NCBI GenBank assembly: GCA_011390465.1
Contig: JAABSH010000014.1
Span: 5,549 to 69,548, forward strand
From: Desulfobacteraceae bacterium
GTDB lineage: Bacteria; Desulfobacterota; Desulfobacteria; Desulfobacterales; Desulfosalsimonadaceae
Reading direction: 5' to 3'
Length of the DNA stretch: 64,000 nucleotides
The notes beneath the pieces were generated by a model. The model saw only the letters and a program-made list of their open reading frames with translations. It had not been told where the DNA came from and searched no databases. A program made the translations under genes and the position numbers. Below are positions 18,995 through 28,282 of the stretch, in pieces (within the stretch, counting starts at the first letter, position 1; each line of letters begins with the position of its first letter).

Positions 18995-19053
18995 TTGATT
19001 TTATTGGTGGGCCGTGAAGGAATCGAACCTTCAACCTACTGATTAAGAGTCAG
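18981..19053. repeat. left att repeat (73 bp, identical to 28363..28435)
   Basis: Base-by-base comparison shows 73/73 identity with 28363..28435. It contains the 3' 49 nt of tRNA-Lys plus 24 nt downstream. Confidence 0.9.
19005..19053 (-). pseudogene. tRNA-Lys(CTT) 3' fragment (anticodon stem to CCA), displaced by integration
   Basis: Identical to the 3' 49 nt of the intact tRNA at 28387..28463. The 5' half is absent, and the sequence diverges after ...gagtcag. Confidence 0.85.
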
Positions 19054-19095
19054 AAAAACGCCTTTCACGCACTTTCACGAAAAGTCATAATTTCC

Positions 19096-19124
19096 TTGAC
19101 ATTCAATTATTTAGATGCAATTAT
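19096..19124 (+). promoter_or_regulatory. candidate sigma-70 promoter for the integrase
   Basis: TTGACA, 17-nt spacer, AATTAT, ~90 nt upstream of the int ATG. The two GCGGGACA repeats lie between it and the start codon. Confidence 0.3.
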
Positions 19125-19169
19125 GAATTTACATGATGACACATGAAAAGGGCTTAAAAGCATAAAAAA

Positions 19170-19188
19170 GCGGGACAGGAGCGGGACA
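19170..19188 (+). promoter_or_regulatory. two GCGGGACA direct repeats (candidate integrase arm-type sites, left arm)
   Basis: gcgggaca at 19170..19177 and 19181..19188. The 26-mer aaaaaagcgggacaggagcgggacaa is repeated exactly at 28304..28329. Confidence 0.45.
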
Positions 19189-19213
19189 ACTTTTTTAAAA
19201 AAGGGAGTTAAAG

Positions 19214-20470
19214 ATGGCTTGGATAAAATCAAAATTTCCTGGGATTCGATACCGGGAACACGACACCCGGAAACACGGGTTGAACCTGGATCGTTATTTT
19301 TCTGTAAGGTACAAACTGGACGGAAAAGACAAAGAAGAGGGCATAGGGTGGGCTTCTGAGGGCTGGACCCTGGGCAAGGTGAATGAAACCCTGGCCGATA
19401 TTAAACGCCGGATTCGGGAAGGTAAAGACGCGCGGACCCTGGCCGAACAAAGGCAAAAGGCTGAAGCCAAAAGACAAAAAGAGATTGAAGCACAAAAGGC
19501 AGTTGAAGCTGCGGCTGCTGCTGAAGCACTGGCAAACAAGCCATTTTCAGACCATTGGAACGATTATTTCAAAGCGGATTCGAGTAAAAAGCCTGCGACC
19601 TGGTTGACCGAAGAGGGCTTATATAAAAAATGGATCAAGCCGGTTGTCGGTAAAATGTCATTAAGTCAAATCACGGACCTGAATATTGAAGCGATTAAAC
19701 GGAAAATGAAAAAAGCCGGAAAGTCAGATCGCACCGTTGAATATGCGCTTCAGGTTATCCGGCAGGTTTACAGGTTTGCCATAAAAAACAAGTCATATTC
19801 TGGCGATATACCAGCAATCAGGAAACGGAAAACCGGCGGCCTGCTACCGGAATATGATAACAGGAAACGGCGCTATTTGACCCGGACGGAAGCCGACGCA
19901 CTGCTGACGGAACTAAAAAAACATTCAAAGGATGTTCACGACATGACCCTGCTGTCATTGAACGCCGGTTTGCGCGCGGGTGAAATCTTTTCATTGACCT
20001 GGGGTTGTGTTGACCTTGAACGCGGACGCCTGACCCTGCTGGACACCAAAAGCAAAAACGAAACCCGCACGGCTTTTTTAAATGATACCGCAAAAGCGAT
20101 GTTTCAGACCCGGACCCGTGGCAAAAATAACGAACTGGTTTTCCCGAACACCCGCGGCGGCAAGATCATTCAAATATCAGACACCTTCAATAATGCCGTG
20201 GCGAAACTTGGGTTAAATGACGACGTGACAGACCGGCGCTTCAAGGTGACATTCCATACTTGCAGGCATACAGCGGCTTCATGGATGGTTGAAAACAAAA
20301 CACCCTTATATTTCGTCAAGGAAATCCTGGGGCACAAGAATATAACGACCACAGAGCGCTACAGTCATAATATTGAAAGCAATCTTGAGGCGGCGATAAA
20401 GGCGCTTGACATCACCACCGCACCGGCAGACAAAGGCGCGGAAGTTATCGAGATGAACGGCACGAAATAA
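19214..20470 (+). CDS. int: tyrosine recombinase/phage-type integrase
   Basis: Catalytic signature in order: GLRAGEI (Arg), HTCRHTAASW (His-x-x-Arg), LGHKNITTTERYSH (His...Tyr). N-terminal Lys/Glu-rich arm-binding-like region. Adjacent to the att repeat. Confidence 0.9.
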   Translation: MAWIKSKFPGIRYREHDTRKHGLNLDRYFSVRYKLDGKDKEEGIGWASEGWTLGKVNETLADIKRRIREGKDARTLAEQRQKAEAKRQKEIEAQKAVEAAAAAEALANKPFSDHWNDYFKADSSKKPATWLTEEGLYKKWIKPVVGKMSLSQITDLNIEAIKRKMKKAGKSDRTVEYALQVIRQVYRFAIKNKSYSGDIPAIRKRKTGGLLPEYDNRKRRYLTRTEADALLTELKKHSKDVHDMTLLSLNAGLRAGEIFSLTWGCVDLERGRLTLLDTKSKNETRTAFLNDTAKAMFQTRTRGKNNELVFPNTRGGKIIQISDTFNNAVAKLGLNDDVTDRRFKVTFHTCRHTAASWMVENKTPLYFVKEILGHKNITTTERYSHNIESNLEAAIKALDITTAPADKGAEVIEMNGTK

Positions 20471-20482
20471 AGGAAATCAACC

Positions 20483-20698
20483 ATGAATAAACCATTTTAT
20501 CCGGCAATCGTTTTTTACAGTGCTGAAGATGATGGATACATTGCCAAAGCGGTTGACCTGAAGGGCTGTTCTGCTTTTGGGGAAACACCTGAACAGGCAT
20601 TAAAAGAATTTGAAACAGCCGTTGAATTATGGCTTTCGGTTGCAAAAGACGATTGCGCGGAAATCCCGGAACCGTCACCGATTACAGTTTTCGGTTAA
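20483..20698 (+). CDS. hicB: HicB-like antitoxin-fold protein (no DNA-binding domain, no adjacent HicA)
   Basis: YPAIVFYSAEDDGYIAKAVDLKGCSAFGETPEQALKEFETAVELWL matches the HicB/UPF0150 N-terminal domain pattern. Only 71 aa. Confidence 0.65.
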   Translation: MNKPFYPAIVFYSAEDDGYIAKAVDLKGCSAFGETPEQALKEFETAVELWLSVAKDDCAEIPEPSPITVFG

Positions 20699-20807
20699 AT
20701 CCTTTCCCGGCATAGGCGGCGGCCGTACACCGCACGCTGAAAACCCTTTACCCTGAAGGGCTGGCCGGGATCACACCACAGGGACCGGATGAAGGGAACC
20801 GGACGCG

Positions 20808-21374
20808 ATGACAAATAATTTTTTAAATGCGGATGAGATCCAAAAAAAATATGGAGTCAAAGATTTTAAACTTTTCGAAGAAATCAAAAACGGGCTTCCG
20901 GTATATTCAAAAGTAAATCTTGAAAAACCGATGAAGCCTGAAAATGTTTACGTTGACGAAAGCGCGCTGACCTTCCGAAAGGTTGAACTGGCGGAATATT
21001 ACAAGCGGCATATCGGAAAAAATTCTGCTTATATCCGTTTCGCTGACCCATACCATATAAATGATTGCCTGTTTTTGGAATCAGACCTTGAAAAAATCGG
21101 ATGCAAGGTTGACATAAAAAAGGAACCCGTTACAGAAAACCATGTTTCAAAGCCGCACCAAAAGGCAAAGGAACGATGCCGGGAAATTGCAAAGCAAATC
21201 TTAAAAGAGAAGCCGGACATTGACACAATAAGCGAGGCTATTTTTGACGACCGCATGACAGAGGCAGCCACCAAAGCCGATGGAGATATGTATTCAGAAA
21301 AAGTTATCCGTGGATGGATCAAAGACCTGTTTCCCGACAAAGCGAGGAAACCCGGAAGACGGCCGAAAAAGTAA
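20808..21374 (+). CDS. hypothetical protein (element-encoded)
   Basis: 188-aa ORF with a basic C-terminus (KARKPGRRPKK), followed by a strong terminator. No confident motif. Confidence 0.5.
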   Translation: MTNNFLNADEIQKKYGVKDFKLFEEIKNGLPVYSKVNLEKPMKPENVYVDESALTFRKVELAEYYKRHIGKNSAYIRFADPYHINDCLFLESDLEKIGCKVDIKKEPVTENHVSKPHQKAKERCREIAKQILKEKPDIDTISEAIFDDRMTEAATKADGDMYSEKVIRGWIKDLFPDKARKPGRRPKK

Positions 21375-21408
21375 TTTTTTCAACTAAAACCACATAATCA
21401 ATTCAAAA

Positions 21409-21443
21409 CAGACACCCGGCTTAGCTGGGTGTCTGTCTTTTTT
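21409..21443 (+). terminator. rho-independent terminator
   Basis: cagacaccc / gggtgtctg 9-bp perfect stem with a 9-nt loop, followed by tctttttt. Confidence 0.65.
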
Positions 21444-21605
21444 CCCTTCTGAAATATCTAAAAAAATCAATTAAATAACTTTCCTGCTAAAACTACCGGC
21501 AAGGTTAGAAAACTGTTTTCTAATGCTTGCAGGGAATTTACTTAATAATTTCAATAGCTTATTTTGTTATCACAACTTTTAATCTTTGAAAAGGAGCGAT
21601 AACAA

Positions 21606-21965
21606 ATGACTAAACTTACCGAAACGAAACCCACCGCAAAACGACCGAAAACCAAAAATCCTTACCGCGAAGTCACAGCCGATCAGCTTGAAGCTGAAAA
21701 AAACACCACCACCGGCGAAACCTTATGGCAAAGAATCGCACGCGAAAACGGCTGGCCGAATCCCATCCTTTTAAAGAACATGACGCCGGAACGCTTGTCT
21801 GGCTTTCCGTATTCCCGCGGCGGCTTCAGAAACAGAGTCACCGGCAAAAACGCTGACCCGGAATTAACGGAACAAATTTTTTTTATCGGAAAATATCCGG
21901 CAATTTTGCGCGCGGGCCTTGTGAGCTGGCTGGACCGGCAGACCACTAAAACGCGGACGGTTTAA
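21606..21965 (+). CDS. hypothetical protein, possibly an excisionase/AlpA-like DNA-binding protein
   Basis: The C-terminal IFFIGKYPAILRAGLVSWLDRQ resembles the end of excisionase/MerR-like HTH proteins. The stop is 2 nt before the replicase start. Weak evidence. Confidence 0.4.
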   Translation: MTKLTETKPTAKRPKTKNPYREVTADQLEAEKNTTTGETLWQRIARENGWPNPILLKNMTPERLSGFPYSRGGFRNRVTGKNADPELTEQIFFIGKYPAILRAGLVSWLDRQTTKTRTV

Positions 21966-21967
21966 TC

Positions 21968-24658
21968 ATGGCTTTCCCATTTATGCGGATCACCGCGACA
22001 AATCCGCCTATATTGTCGAAAACCTACGGCCTGGAATCTGACGGCACCCTAAAAAACACACCCGGCGGAAATTTGATTGAAGGGGCGGCGGAAAAAATCA
22101 CCGTCAACAATATTTCCGAATTGAAGCAATTTATCGAGACATTAGGGCCTAATCACGCGCTGACGTATGGAATTAGCGAACACGAAAAGGCGCGGATCGT
22201 TACTAAAAAAAATCTAAAGCGCGCGCAAAGCCTTCCCGGGATGAAATACCCGGCAATAGCACGGGACCGGGAACATTTTAAATGGCCTGGGCCTGGAATC
22301 ATGGAGTTTGATTTTGACGGATTCAAGGCAGATCACGCCGACGAAATTTTTAATTTACTGGTTGAACTGAACCCGACTTTTAAAACCGTACCTATGATTA
22401 TCAAGGCTTCAGCGTCAAGCGGACTTTATCACGGCGGAAAATGCCTGAAGGGCCTGGACGGCTGGCGCGCGCTGGTACTGGTTGCGGATGCTTCAGACAT
22501 ACCGCGAACCGGGGACACGCTTTTCAAGCTGTCATGGCTTCAGGGCAAGGGCTTTATTTACATTTCCAGATCAGGCGCGCAATTAGCACGCGGACCCATT
22601 GACAACAGCGTATGGCAGCCGGAACGGCTGGATTTTGTCGGCGGCGCAAACTGTCAAGATGGGATCGAGCAACGGCGGCCGGAGCCTGTCCTATATAATA
22701 AGGACGCCGAACCGCTGGACACCCGAACCATAAAAAGCCTGACACCGGCGGAAACCCTGGAATATGAAACCCTTGTTAAGAATCAGAAGATAATTACCGA
22801 AACCGACGCACAAGCGGCGCGTTACGCCTGGGAAGATCAGAAAATTGAAATTGAAAGTAAAAAATTCCCGAATGTTGAAAAAGACCGGATCATAAGCCGG
22901 ATCAAACGAGCGTCAAGGCACCGCTACCTTGAACTTGATTATGCACTTGAAACCCTTGACGGCAAACCGCTGACGCCGGAAGATATATTGAAACAGCGGG
23001 AACACTGGCACCTGAAATATATCAAAGACCCTTTTGACACCGGGGCAAGACCACGCGCGCGGGTTTTCACTCCACCCGGCAGTAAACCCTATATCTTCAG
23101 TTTTTCAGAATACAAGCGATATTATCTGACCATTACCCGGAAAACGCTGGAAATATCCCCTGGGAACCGCTGCGACGCGGTTGGCACTTTAATCAAAACC
23201 GCACGCGAGGCGGGAAACTTTTTTTTGCGCGGCGATGAAGTCGTTACCGTGGCGGACACCGGGGCGATTAAACCGCTGGACATACCGGCCGTACAGTTTC
23301 GGATTGACGGCCTGGTTACTTTCTTAAAATACGATGCGCGCGCAAAAGCATTTAAACCGGCGGACTGTCCCAAAAATTACGCGGACGGCTTCAGCGTTTC
23401 CGCACGGCTGGACGGCGGCCTTCCAGAACTGACCGGAGTTATAACGCACCCGACCATTGACCCTAAAACGAACCGGATTATTGATCAGGACGGTTTTGAC
23501 GCTGAAACGGGCTTGCTGATGAGAGCAAACGGCGATGACTGGCCGGGAATACCGGCGAAGCCGACTGAAGATCAAATGGTTCAAGCCGTGGCCGCACTTC
23601 TGGACCCTTTTCTTTATTTTCCCTTTGCCGGACCCGTGGATCGGGGAGTTTATCTTTCAGCTATGCTTACGGCGGTTATCCGGCCGCTGCTGGATACCGC
23701 ACCGCTTTTTATTTTTACTGCACCGGAAAAGGGAACAGGAAAAACCCTGCTGGCGCGATGTATCGGCCGGACCATCGGCCTTTTGTTCCCTTCAATGTTT
23801 TCTTTTGGCGGAGTTGATGAGGCGGAAATCAGGAAACGGATGTTTTCAATTTTTAGGGAAGGCGCACGCATTACCATACTTGATAACGTAAAAGACGGCA
23901 CCACGCTTGTTAGTGAAACCCTTTGCATGGCGCTGACGAACCCGACGCTTTCAGACCGCGTTTTGGGTGTTTCAAATATTATTAAGGTACCCACCAACAC
24001 CCTGATGATGGCTACCGGAAACAACATCAAACCCGGCGGCGACCTTTCCCGACGCACCGTCAGAGGACGCCTTGACACTGGCATGGAAAACCCGTGGACC
24101 CGCACCTTTGACGAAAATATTCTGGACCGCATTGACCGGGACCGCTTGAAAATGATCACGGGAGCGCTGACCCTTCTCAAAGGCACCCTTGAAAGTGGTT
24201 TTACCGTACCAGACGGACTGGGAAGTTTTGAAGACTGGAACCGAACCGCACGCGCGGGGGTTTGTTACGCGGCAAGCCTGGGGTTTGACGTTGCGGACCC
24301 GGTTCTGTCCATCGAAACGAACATAAGTGAAGACCCTGAAGTGGGGAAGTTGCGCGCGCTTTTGGCAAACTGGTTTGAGGTTTTTGGCGATGCACCCACC
24401 ACCGTGGCGGCCTGTATCAGCGCGGCCGGATTATACGACAATAAAAATTTTGACAGCACCGGCGGAATGACACGCTGCTATCCGGCGCTTTATGACGCCT
24501 GCGACGAAATTGCAGGTGAACGCGGGAACATAAACCCGCGACGCCTGGGACGCTGGATCGAACGCTACCGGGACCGGATTATTGACGGCATGACTTTTAA
24601 TTTAGTGGACGGCACCACCGGGGGAGTCAACCGCTGGCGCGCACGCATGAAATTTTAG
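21968..24658 (+). CDS. putative replicase: N-terminal primase-polymerase-like region plus C-terminal P-loop NTPase (SF3/D5-like helicase)
   Basis: Walker A APEKGTGKTL and Walker B-like ARITILDNV. The N-terminus has an acidic IMEFDFDG, then SASSGLYH, then ERLDFVGG, in the order and spacing of AEP motifs I-III. 896 aa. Confidence 0.55.
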   Translation: MAFPFMRITATNPPILSKTYGLESDGTLKNTPGGNLIEGAAEKITVNNISELKQFIETLGPNHALTYGISEHEKARIVTKKNLKRAQSLPGMKYPAIARDREHFKWPGPGIMEFDFDGFKADHADEIFNLLVELNPTFKTVPMIIKASASSGLYHGGKCLKGLDGWRALVLVADASDIPRTGDTLFKLSWLQGKGFIYISRSGAQLARGPIDNSVWQPERLDFVGGANCQDGIEQRRPEPVLYNKDAEPLDTRTIKSLTPAETLEYETLVKNQKIITETDAQAARYAWEDQKIEIESKKFPNVEKDRIISRIKRASRHRYLELDYALETLDGKPLTPEDILKQREHWHLKYIKDPFDTGARPRARVFTPPGSKPYIFSFSEYKRYYLTITRKTLEISPGNRCDAVGTLIKTAREAGNFFLRGDEVVTVADTGAIKPLDIPAVQFRIDGLVTFLKYDARAKAFKPADCPKNYADGFSVSARLDGGLPELTGVITHPTIDPKTNRIIDQDGFDAETGLLMRANGDDWPGIPAKPTEDQMVQAVAALLDPFLYFPFAGPVDRGVYLSAMLTAVIRPLLDTAPLFIFTAPEKGTGKTLLARCIGRTIGLLFPSMFSFGGVDEAEIRKRMFSIFREGARITILDNVKDGTTLVSETLCMALTNPTLSDRVLGVSNIIKVPTNTLMMATGNNIKPGGDLSRRTVRGRLDTGMENPWTRTFDENILDRIDRDRLKMITGALTLLKGTLESGFTVPDGLGSFEDWNRTARAGVCYAASLGFDVADPVLSIETNISEDPEVGKLRALLANWFEVFGDAPTTVAACISAAGLYDNKNFDSTGGMTRCYPALYDACDEIAGERGNINPRRLGRWIERYRDRIIDGMTFNLVDGTTGGVNRWRARMKF

Positions 24659-24958
24659 CAGTTAGGTTGGTTAAGTGGGATTCTGGAAGCCTACATAGGG
24701 AAACTGTCAGTGACACTTTATAATAATACGCTGACTCAAACCCATGAAACCAACCAAACAGTTAAACACCCTGGCGGCGGTTGGCGCGGCTGGGATTACA
24801 AACATCAAAAGGAAAAGGAAAATGAAACGATGAATCAAACAGAACGAGCGGCAAAGAGTGAGCAGGCGGAAGTTGTGGTGATGGAAACCTGGGCCAAAAA
24901 AAACAAGGGGTTGAAACCATTTTTACAGGCAATGAATCAAACAGAAGGAGAACGAACG

Positions 24959-25276
24959 ATGACCAAAACGACAGTTGGAGACGAGGCAATGGCAGGAGTT
25001 TTGAGCGAGATTTACAACAAAATGATCGGAGAGTTTGCGATTGAAGAAGCAAAGCGCGCGATGAACCCGCAGCAGGTTGCAAAAAAAGAAGTTTCGCTGA
25101 ACGTGGAGCGTTTCCGGGATTACATGGGCCGCACTCTTCAGGCGGTTTATGAGCTGGCAGGCGGCGCTGAACCAACAAACGAGAACGCTGAACATTTTGT
25201 CGGAGCTTTATTTTACCTGGACAAGATCAGCGAAATGGCCGGTTTGAAGCAGGACACACATTTTTTTCAAGATTAA
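24959..25276 (+). CDS. hypothetical protein (element-encoded)
   Basis: The ORF is open from 24710. aaggag 8 nt upstream favours ATG 24959; ATG 24830 is an alternative. Confidence 0.4.
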   Translation: MTKTTVGDEAMAGVLSEIYNKMIGEFAIEEAKRAMNPQQVAKKEVSLNVERFRDYMGRTLQAVYELAGGAEPTNENAEHFVGALFYLDKISEMAGLKQDTHFFQD

Positions 25277-25348
25277 TTTGATCAGCACCCGGCTGGGGCC
25301 GCGAACCCTGGCCGGGAATCAAAAAAAACACAAGCAAAGGAATGATAA

Positions 25349-25453
25349 ATGAACCACAGTGAAATAGCAAGGGCATTGATTCGGGCAGCATTGAAGGGCG
25401 GGAATCCAGTTTTGCGGACCTGGATTTTAACTTCACCGGCGCGGAAGGAATAA
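25349..25453 (+). CDS. possible 34-aa ORF
   Basis: My translation is MNHSEIARALIRAALKGGNPVLRTWILTSPARKE. aagga sits 7 nt upstream, and the stop is 3 nt before the next ATG. Confidence 0.25.
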   Translation: MNHSEIARALIRAALKGGNPVLRTWILTSPARKE

Positions 25454-25456
25454 GTT

Positions 25457-25687
25457 ATGACGCGAGATTACACGCACGAGATTACCGCAAGCGAACCGGA
25501 ATTGAGACAAGCGATTCAAAGTTTAATGGATGAGATGCAAAAGGCTTTAGGCGGTATGGATGCAGACAAGCTACCGTTTGAGACAATGAAGGATATAAAT
25601 AATCTCACTGGATTTTGTTGCGAAGCCTGGGGCCGGGCAAATGAACTGCTGACTGTTCAAAAGAAACGCCTGCGGCTGATAAAATGA
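25457..25687 (+). CDS. hypothetical protein (element-encoded)
   Basis: 76-aa ORF with a ggaagga RBS. No motif. Confidence 0.45.
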   Translation: MTRDYTHEITASEPELRQAIQSLMDEMQKALGGMDADKLPFETMKDINNLTGFCCEAWGRANELLTVQKKRLRLIK

Positions 25688-25833
25688 ATATATGTAATGA
25701 TTTTAAATATTTGGGGGTCCCATTGGGCACCCTGGGGCACAAGGATATGAGCAGCTCGATGTTTAATTACATAGAGGATTTTTAAACGCCTTTACATTAC
25801 CAACAAAAACAAACACTTACGAAAGGAAAACCG

Positions 25834-26424
25834 ATGGCAGAAACGACAATGACCGTTACGGAATACTGCAATCACGCGGATTTAAGCAGGACCGCATTTT
25901 ATGAACATCGAAAACACGGGGTTTTAGATGGCTGTTTCACCCGCAAACCCGGTTACCGCAAGGATTTTGTCGTGGTGGAAAAAGCAGACAAAGCCTTGAC
26001 GGAAAATATCCGCTGGAATCCTGGCGGACAAGCAACGAAACGAAAACACAAAAAAAGGGAAACCACACCAGAACCACCGGAAACCGATGACTTTCCAGAA
26101 AGTTTTGAAGCAGAAGAGGCTGGCATGATGATGCACTTTGTGATGGCTTCAGAATTTGGCCTTGTTTTTCGGCCTTTAGAAGGGCCTATCCCGTTGAAAG
26201 AAATGGAAAAGGCAACAGTTGAATGTTTGGACCTGATTTTTAGTTACCTGGCTGAAATTGCCACCGGCGAGGCTGAAGACCCTGCGGCAAGCGCGGCGAT
26301 GGCGGTTCTTTATGCTTTAATCGGATCCACAGCATTTGAGATTGATTATGAAAAACTGGAAAAACGGCCGCATTTACTTGCCGAACTGGATAAACTCAAA
26401 AAAAAGAAAGGTAAAAAACAATGA
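25834..26424 (+). CDS. hypothetical protein with a possible N-terminal HTH
   Basis: The N-terminus VTEYCNHADLSRTAFYEHRKHG looks like an HTH. It is followed by a basic linker and an acidic C-terminal half. Confidence 0.45.
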   Translation: MAETTMTVTEYCNHADLSRTAFYEHRKHGVLDGCFTRKPGYRKDFVVVEKADKALTENIRWNPGGQATKRKHKKRETTPEPPETDDFPESFEAEEAGMMMHFVMASEFGLVFRPLEGPIPLKEMEKATVECLDLIFSYLAEIATGEAEDPAASAAMAVLYALIGSTAFEIDYEKLEKRPHLLAELDKLKKKKGKKQ

Positions 26425-27107
26425 CAAATCGATTGATTGACGCTTTTTGCGACGGACTGACACCAACAAACCAAAGCGAGAAAGGAAAAAACATGAAGAA
26501 AATCAGTAATTTATTAGAAGATTATGCGGCGAACCTGAAACAAATCGAAACCCTGAAAAAGGAGCGCGCGGCAGCGGTTCAGGCGGCGGCTTCCGGGAAA
26601 GCGGATTCGAAGGCAATCACAAAAATCCGAGACTTGGACATTAAAAGAGAAATTGCGGCGGCTTCCCTGGGAAATATCAGGCAGTTGATCATTGATCAGA
26701 TTAAGCCGGAATATTTGGACCGCAAAAACCGCTTAAGCGCTGAATTATCGGAGTTGATGGCAGCAAAACAACACCGCTACCACGACTACTTGGAGTACAT
26801 GGCCGCAGCGATGGTTTGCCGGGAAAGTATCACCGGGCAAGGCCGTTTTGATGTCACGCCGAACGGGGATATTAAGGAGAATGCGCTACCGGCAATGGCT
26901 GAACCGTTTCTACCCGGCAGCAGCCTGGATATTGACGAACGCCAACTTTACGCGGCGGCGGTTCAGGATGAACGAAAAAAATATGCAAATGAACCATTTG
27001 ACCGGCGCGCGGGTGAAATCCGGGCGGAGATTGCCAAAATTGATTCGGTTTTGGGATCGGACCCGGCAGAGTTTGCGGAAACCCTGATAAAAAAAGGAGA
27101 AAAGTAA
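26421..27107 (+). CDS. hypothetical coiled-coil protein (element-encoded)
   Basis: ATGA overlap with the upstream gene. An alternative start at ATG 26493 has an aaagga RBS. Confidence 0.5.
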   Translation: MTNRLIDAFCDGLTPTNQSEKGKNMKKISNLLEDYAANLKQIETLKKERAAAVQAAASGKADSKAITKIRDLDIKREIAAASLGNIRQLIIDQIKPEYLDRKNRLSAELSELMAAKQHRYHDYLEYMAAAMVCRESITGQGRFDVTPNGDIKENALPAMAEPFLPGSSLDIDERQLYAAAVQDERKKYANEPFDRRAGEIRAEIAKIDSVLGSDPAEFAETLIKKGEK

Positions 27108-27108
27108 A

Positions 27109-27549
27109 ATGAGCGACACAAAAAAAATTAGGCAGGAGCTGCGGGATGAAGGCTATTTAGGAATTTGCCCGAAATGCTTCCACGGAAACGACATGGATTT
27201 TAATTTTCATCAAAACAGGACTTGTGCGAAATGCGGAACGCGATTCACCGTGGATGCCGATCAGTCGGACCGTTATAAGCTACTCCACGGCGGAATGGGG
27301 TATAACGAAAACTTTTCACTCGAAAACGCACTGGCGCGGCAAGCGGAAATTACAGCAAAGCAGAAAGCGGCTGCTGATGCGGAACGAGCCGAACGGCAAA
27401 AAAAAGCTGAAGATGAGGCAAGGGCCGCGAGGTTAGAAAGTTTTAAACAAGAGTTGAAACAGGCAGAAGCGCGCGGCAAGGCAAAGCGCTATGTGGAAAT
27501 TGATAATCCGCTGCTCAAAGACGCACAAAAACGAGCGGAAAACTGTTAG
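27109..27549 (+). CDS. zinc-ribbon protein with a Lys/Glu/Ala-rich coiled-coil tail
   Basis: CPKC...17 aa...CAKC four-Cys ribbon. The start is 1 nt after the upstream stop. Confidence 0.55.
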   Translation: MSDTKKIRQELRDEGYLGICPKCFHGNDMDFNFHQNRTCAKCGTRFTVDADQSDRYKLLHGGMGYNENFSLENALARQAEITAKQKAAADAERAERQKKAEDEARAARLESFKQELKQAEARGKAKRYVEIDNPLLKDAQKRAENC

Positions 27550-27736
27550 TAGCTGCGGCTGTTTGCCTGGTTCAGCCTAAAAAAAAACCGGGGGGACATA
27601 TTCAGCGGTAACAGTCAGTTAGAGCCGCGAAATATCCTGACAGCGCGCGGGCTTTCTCCGGGCCGTGGCGCGCACCTGGCGGGCCGGGTTAAAATCCCGG
27701 CACCGCCAAAACAATAATATAAAAAAGGTTAAAATC

Positions 27737-27961
27737 ATGGATGATTCAACAAAATGCAAATGCTGCGGACGGACCCGGGCGGCGCTTTCAGTATGCTACA
27801 AACCGTCTGATGAACTTTTCCGGGTTGCGCTTTGTAACCGCTGTTTTGACGTCTACAAAATAAACGCTGATTTTCTTCAAACCTGCATGGAATGCGGACC
27901 TGGCGCCGACTTTCGGCCGTTTCGTGAACTTCAGGAAGAAAGTGAGGCCGTGACCGCTTGA
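27737..27961 (+). CDS. small Cys-rich (zinc-finger-like) protein
   Basis: CKCC...C...CNRC...CMEC pattern in 74 aa. The ORF opens at 27665, but ATG 27737 follows an aagg RBS-like sequence. Confidence 0.5.
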   Translation: MDDSTKCKCCGRTRAALSVCYKPSDELFRVALCNRCFDVYKINADFLQTCMECGPGADFRPFRELQEESEAVTA

Positions 27962-28132
27962 AATTCAGGCGATTAAAGGCAAAGCCGAACAAACACACGC
28001 CGGAACGATAAAAGCCTGAAATATCGCAAATGGCGAAGCCGTGGCCGCTATATATTGTATTTAGTGGTTTTATGGCTACCAGATATTGAAGTTTTACGGT
28101 AAAAACTGTATCAAAAATTTAATCTGAGACAC

Positions 28133-28166
28133 AAGCCGGGCCGGGGGATGGCACCGGCTTTTTTTA
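28133..28166 (+). terminator. candidate rho-independent terminator closing the element's rightward genes
   Basis: aagccgg / ccggctt stem with a GC-rich loop, followed by ttttttt. Confidence 0.4.
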
Positions 28167-28282
28167 TTTGGATCACCCTGGCATTTCAGCAACAGAAATT
28201 TGCAGAAAAGGGACCCGGCTTTTTTGTTCCTGGACCAGATCACCGGCAGCGGATCACCTGGGAACCTGGAAAATATTTTTCC

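Noticed and set aside
19005-19053. A second tRNA-Lys gene
   Set aside because: Only the 3' 49 nt are present, with no acceptor 5' strand or D-arm. It is the displaced att half, not a functional tRNA.
24710-24958. Long form of the ORF 24710..25276 (188 aa)
   Set aside because: There is no RBS at 24710, the region is repeat-rich and a strong aaggag precedes ATG 24959. I kept it as a possible origin or leader. Translation from 24830 cannot be excluded.
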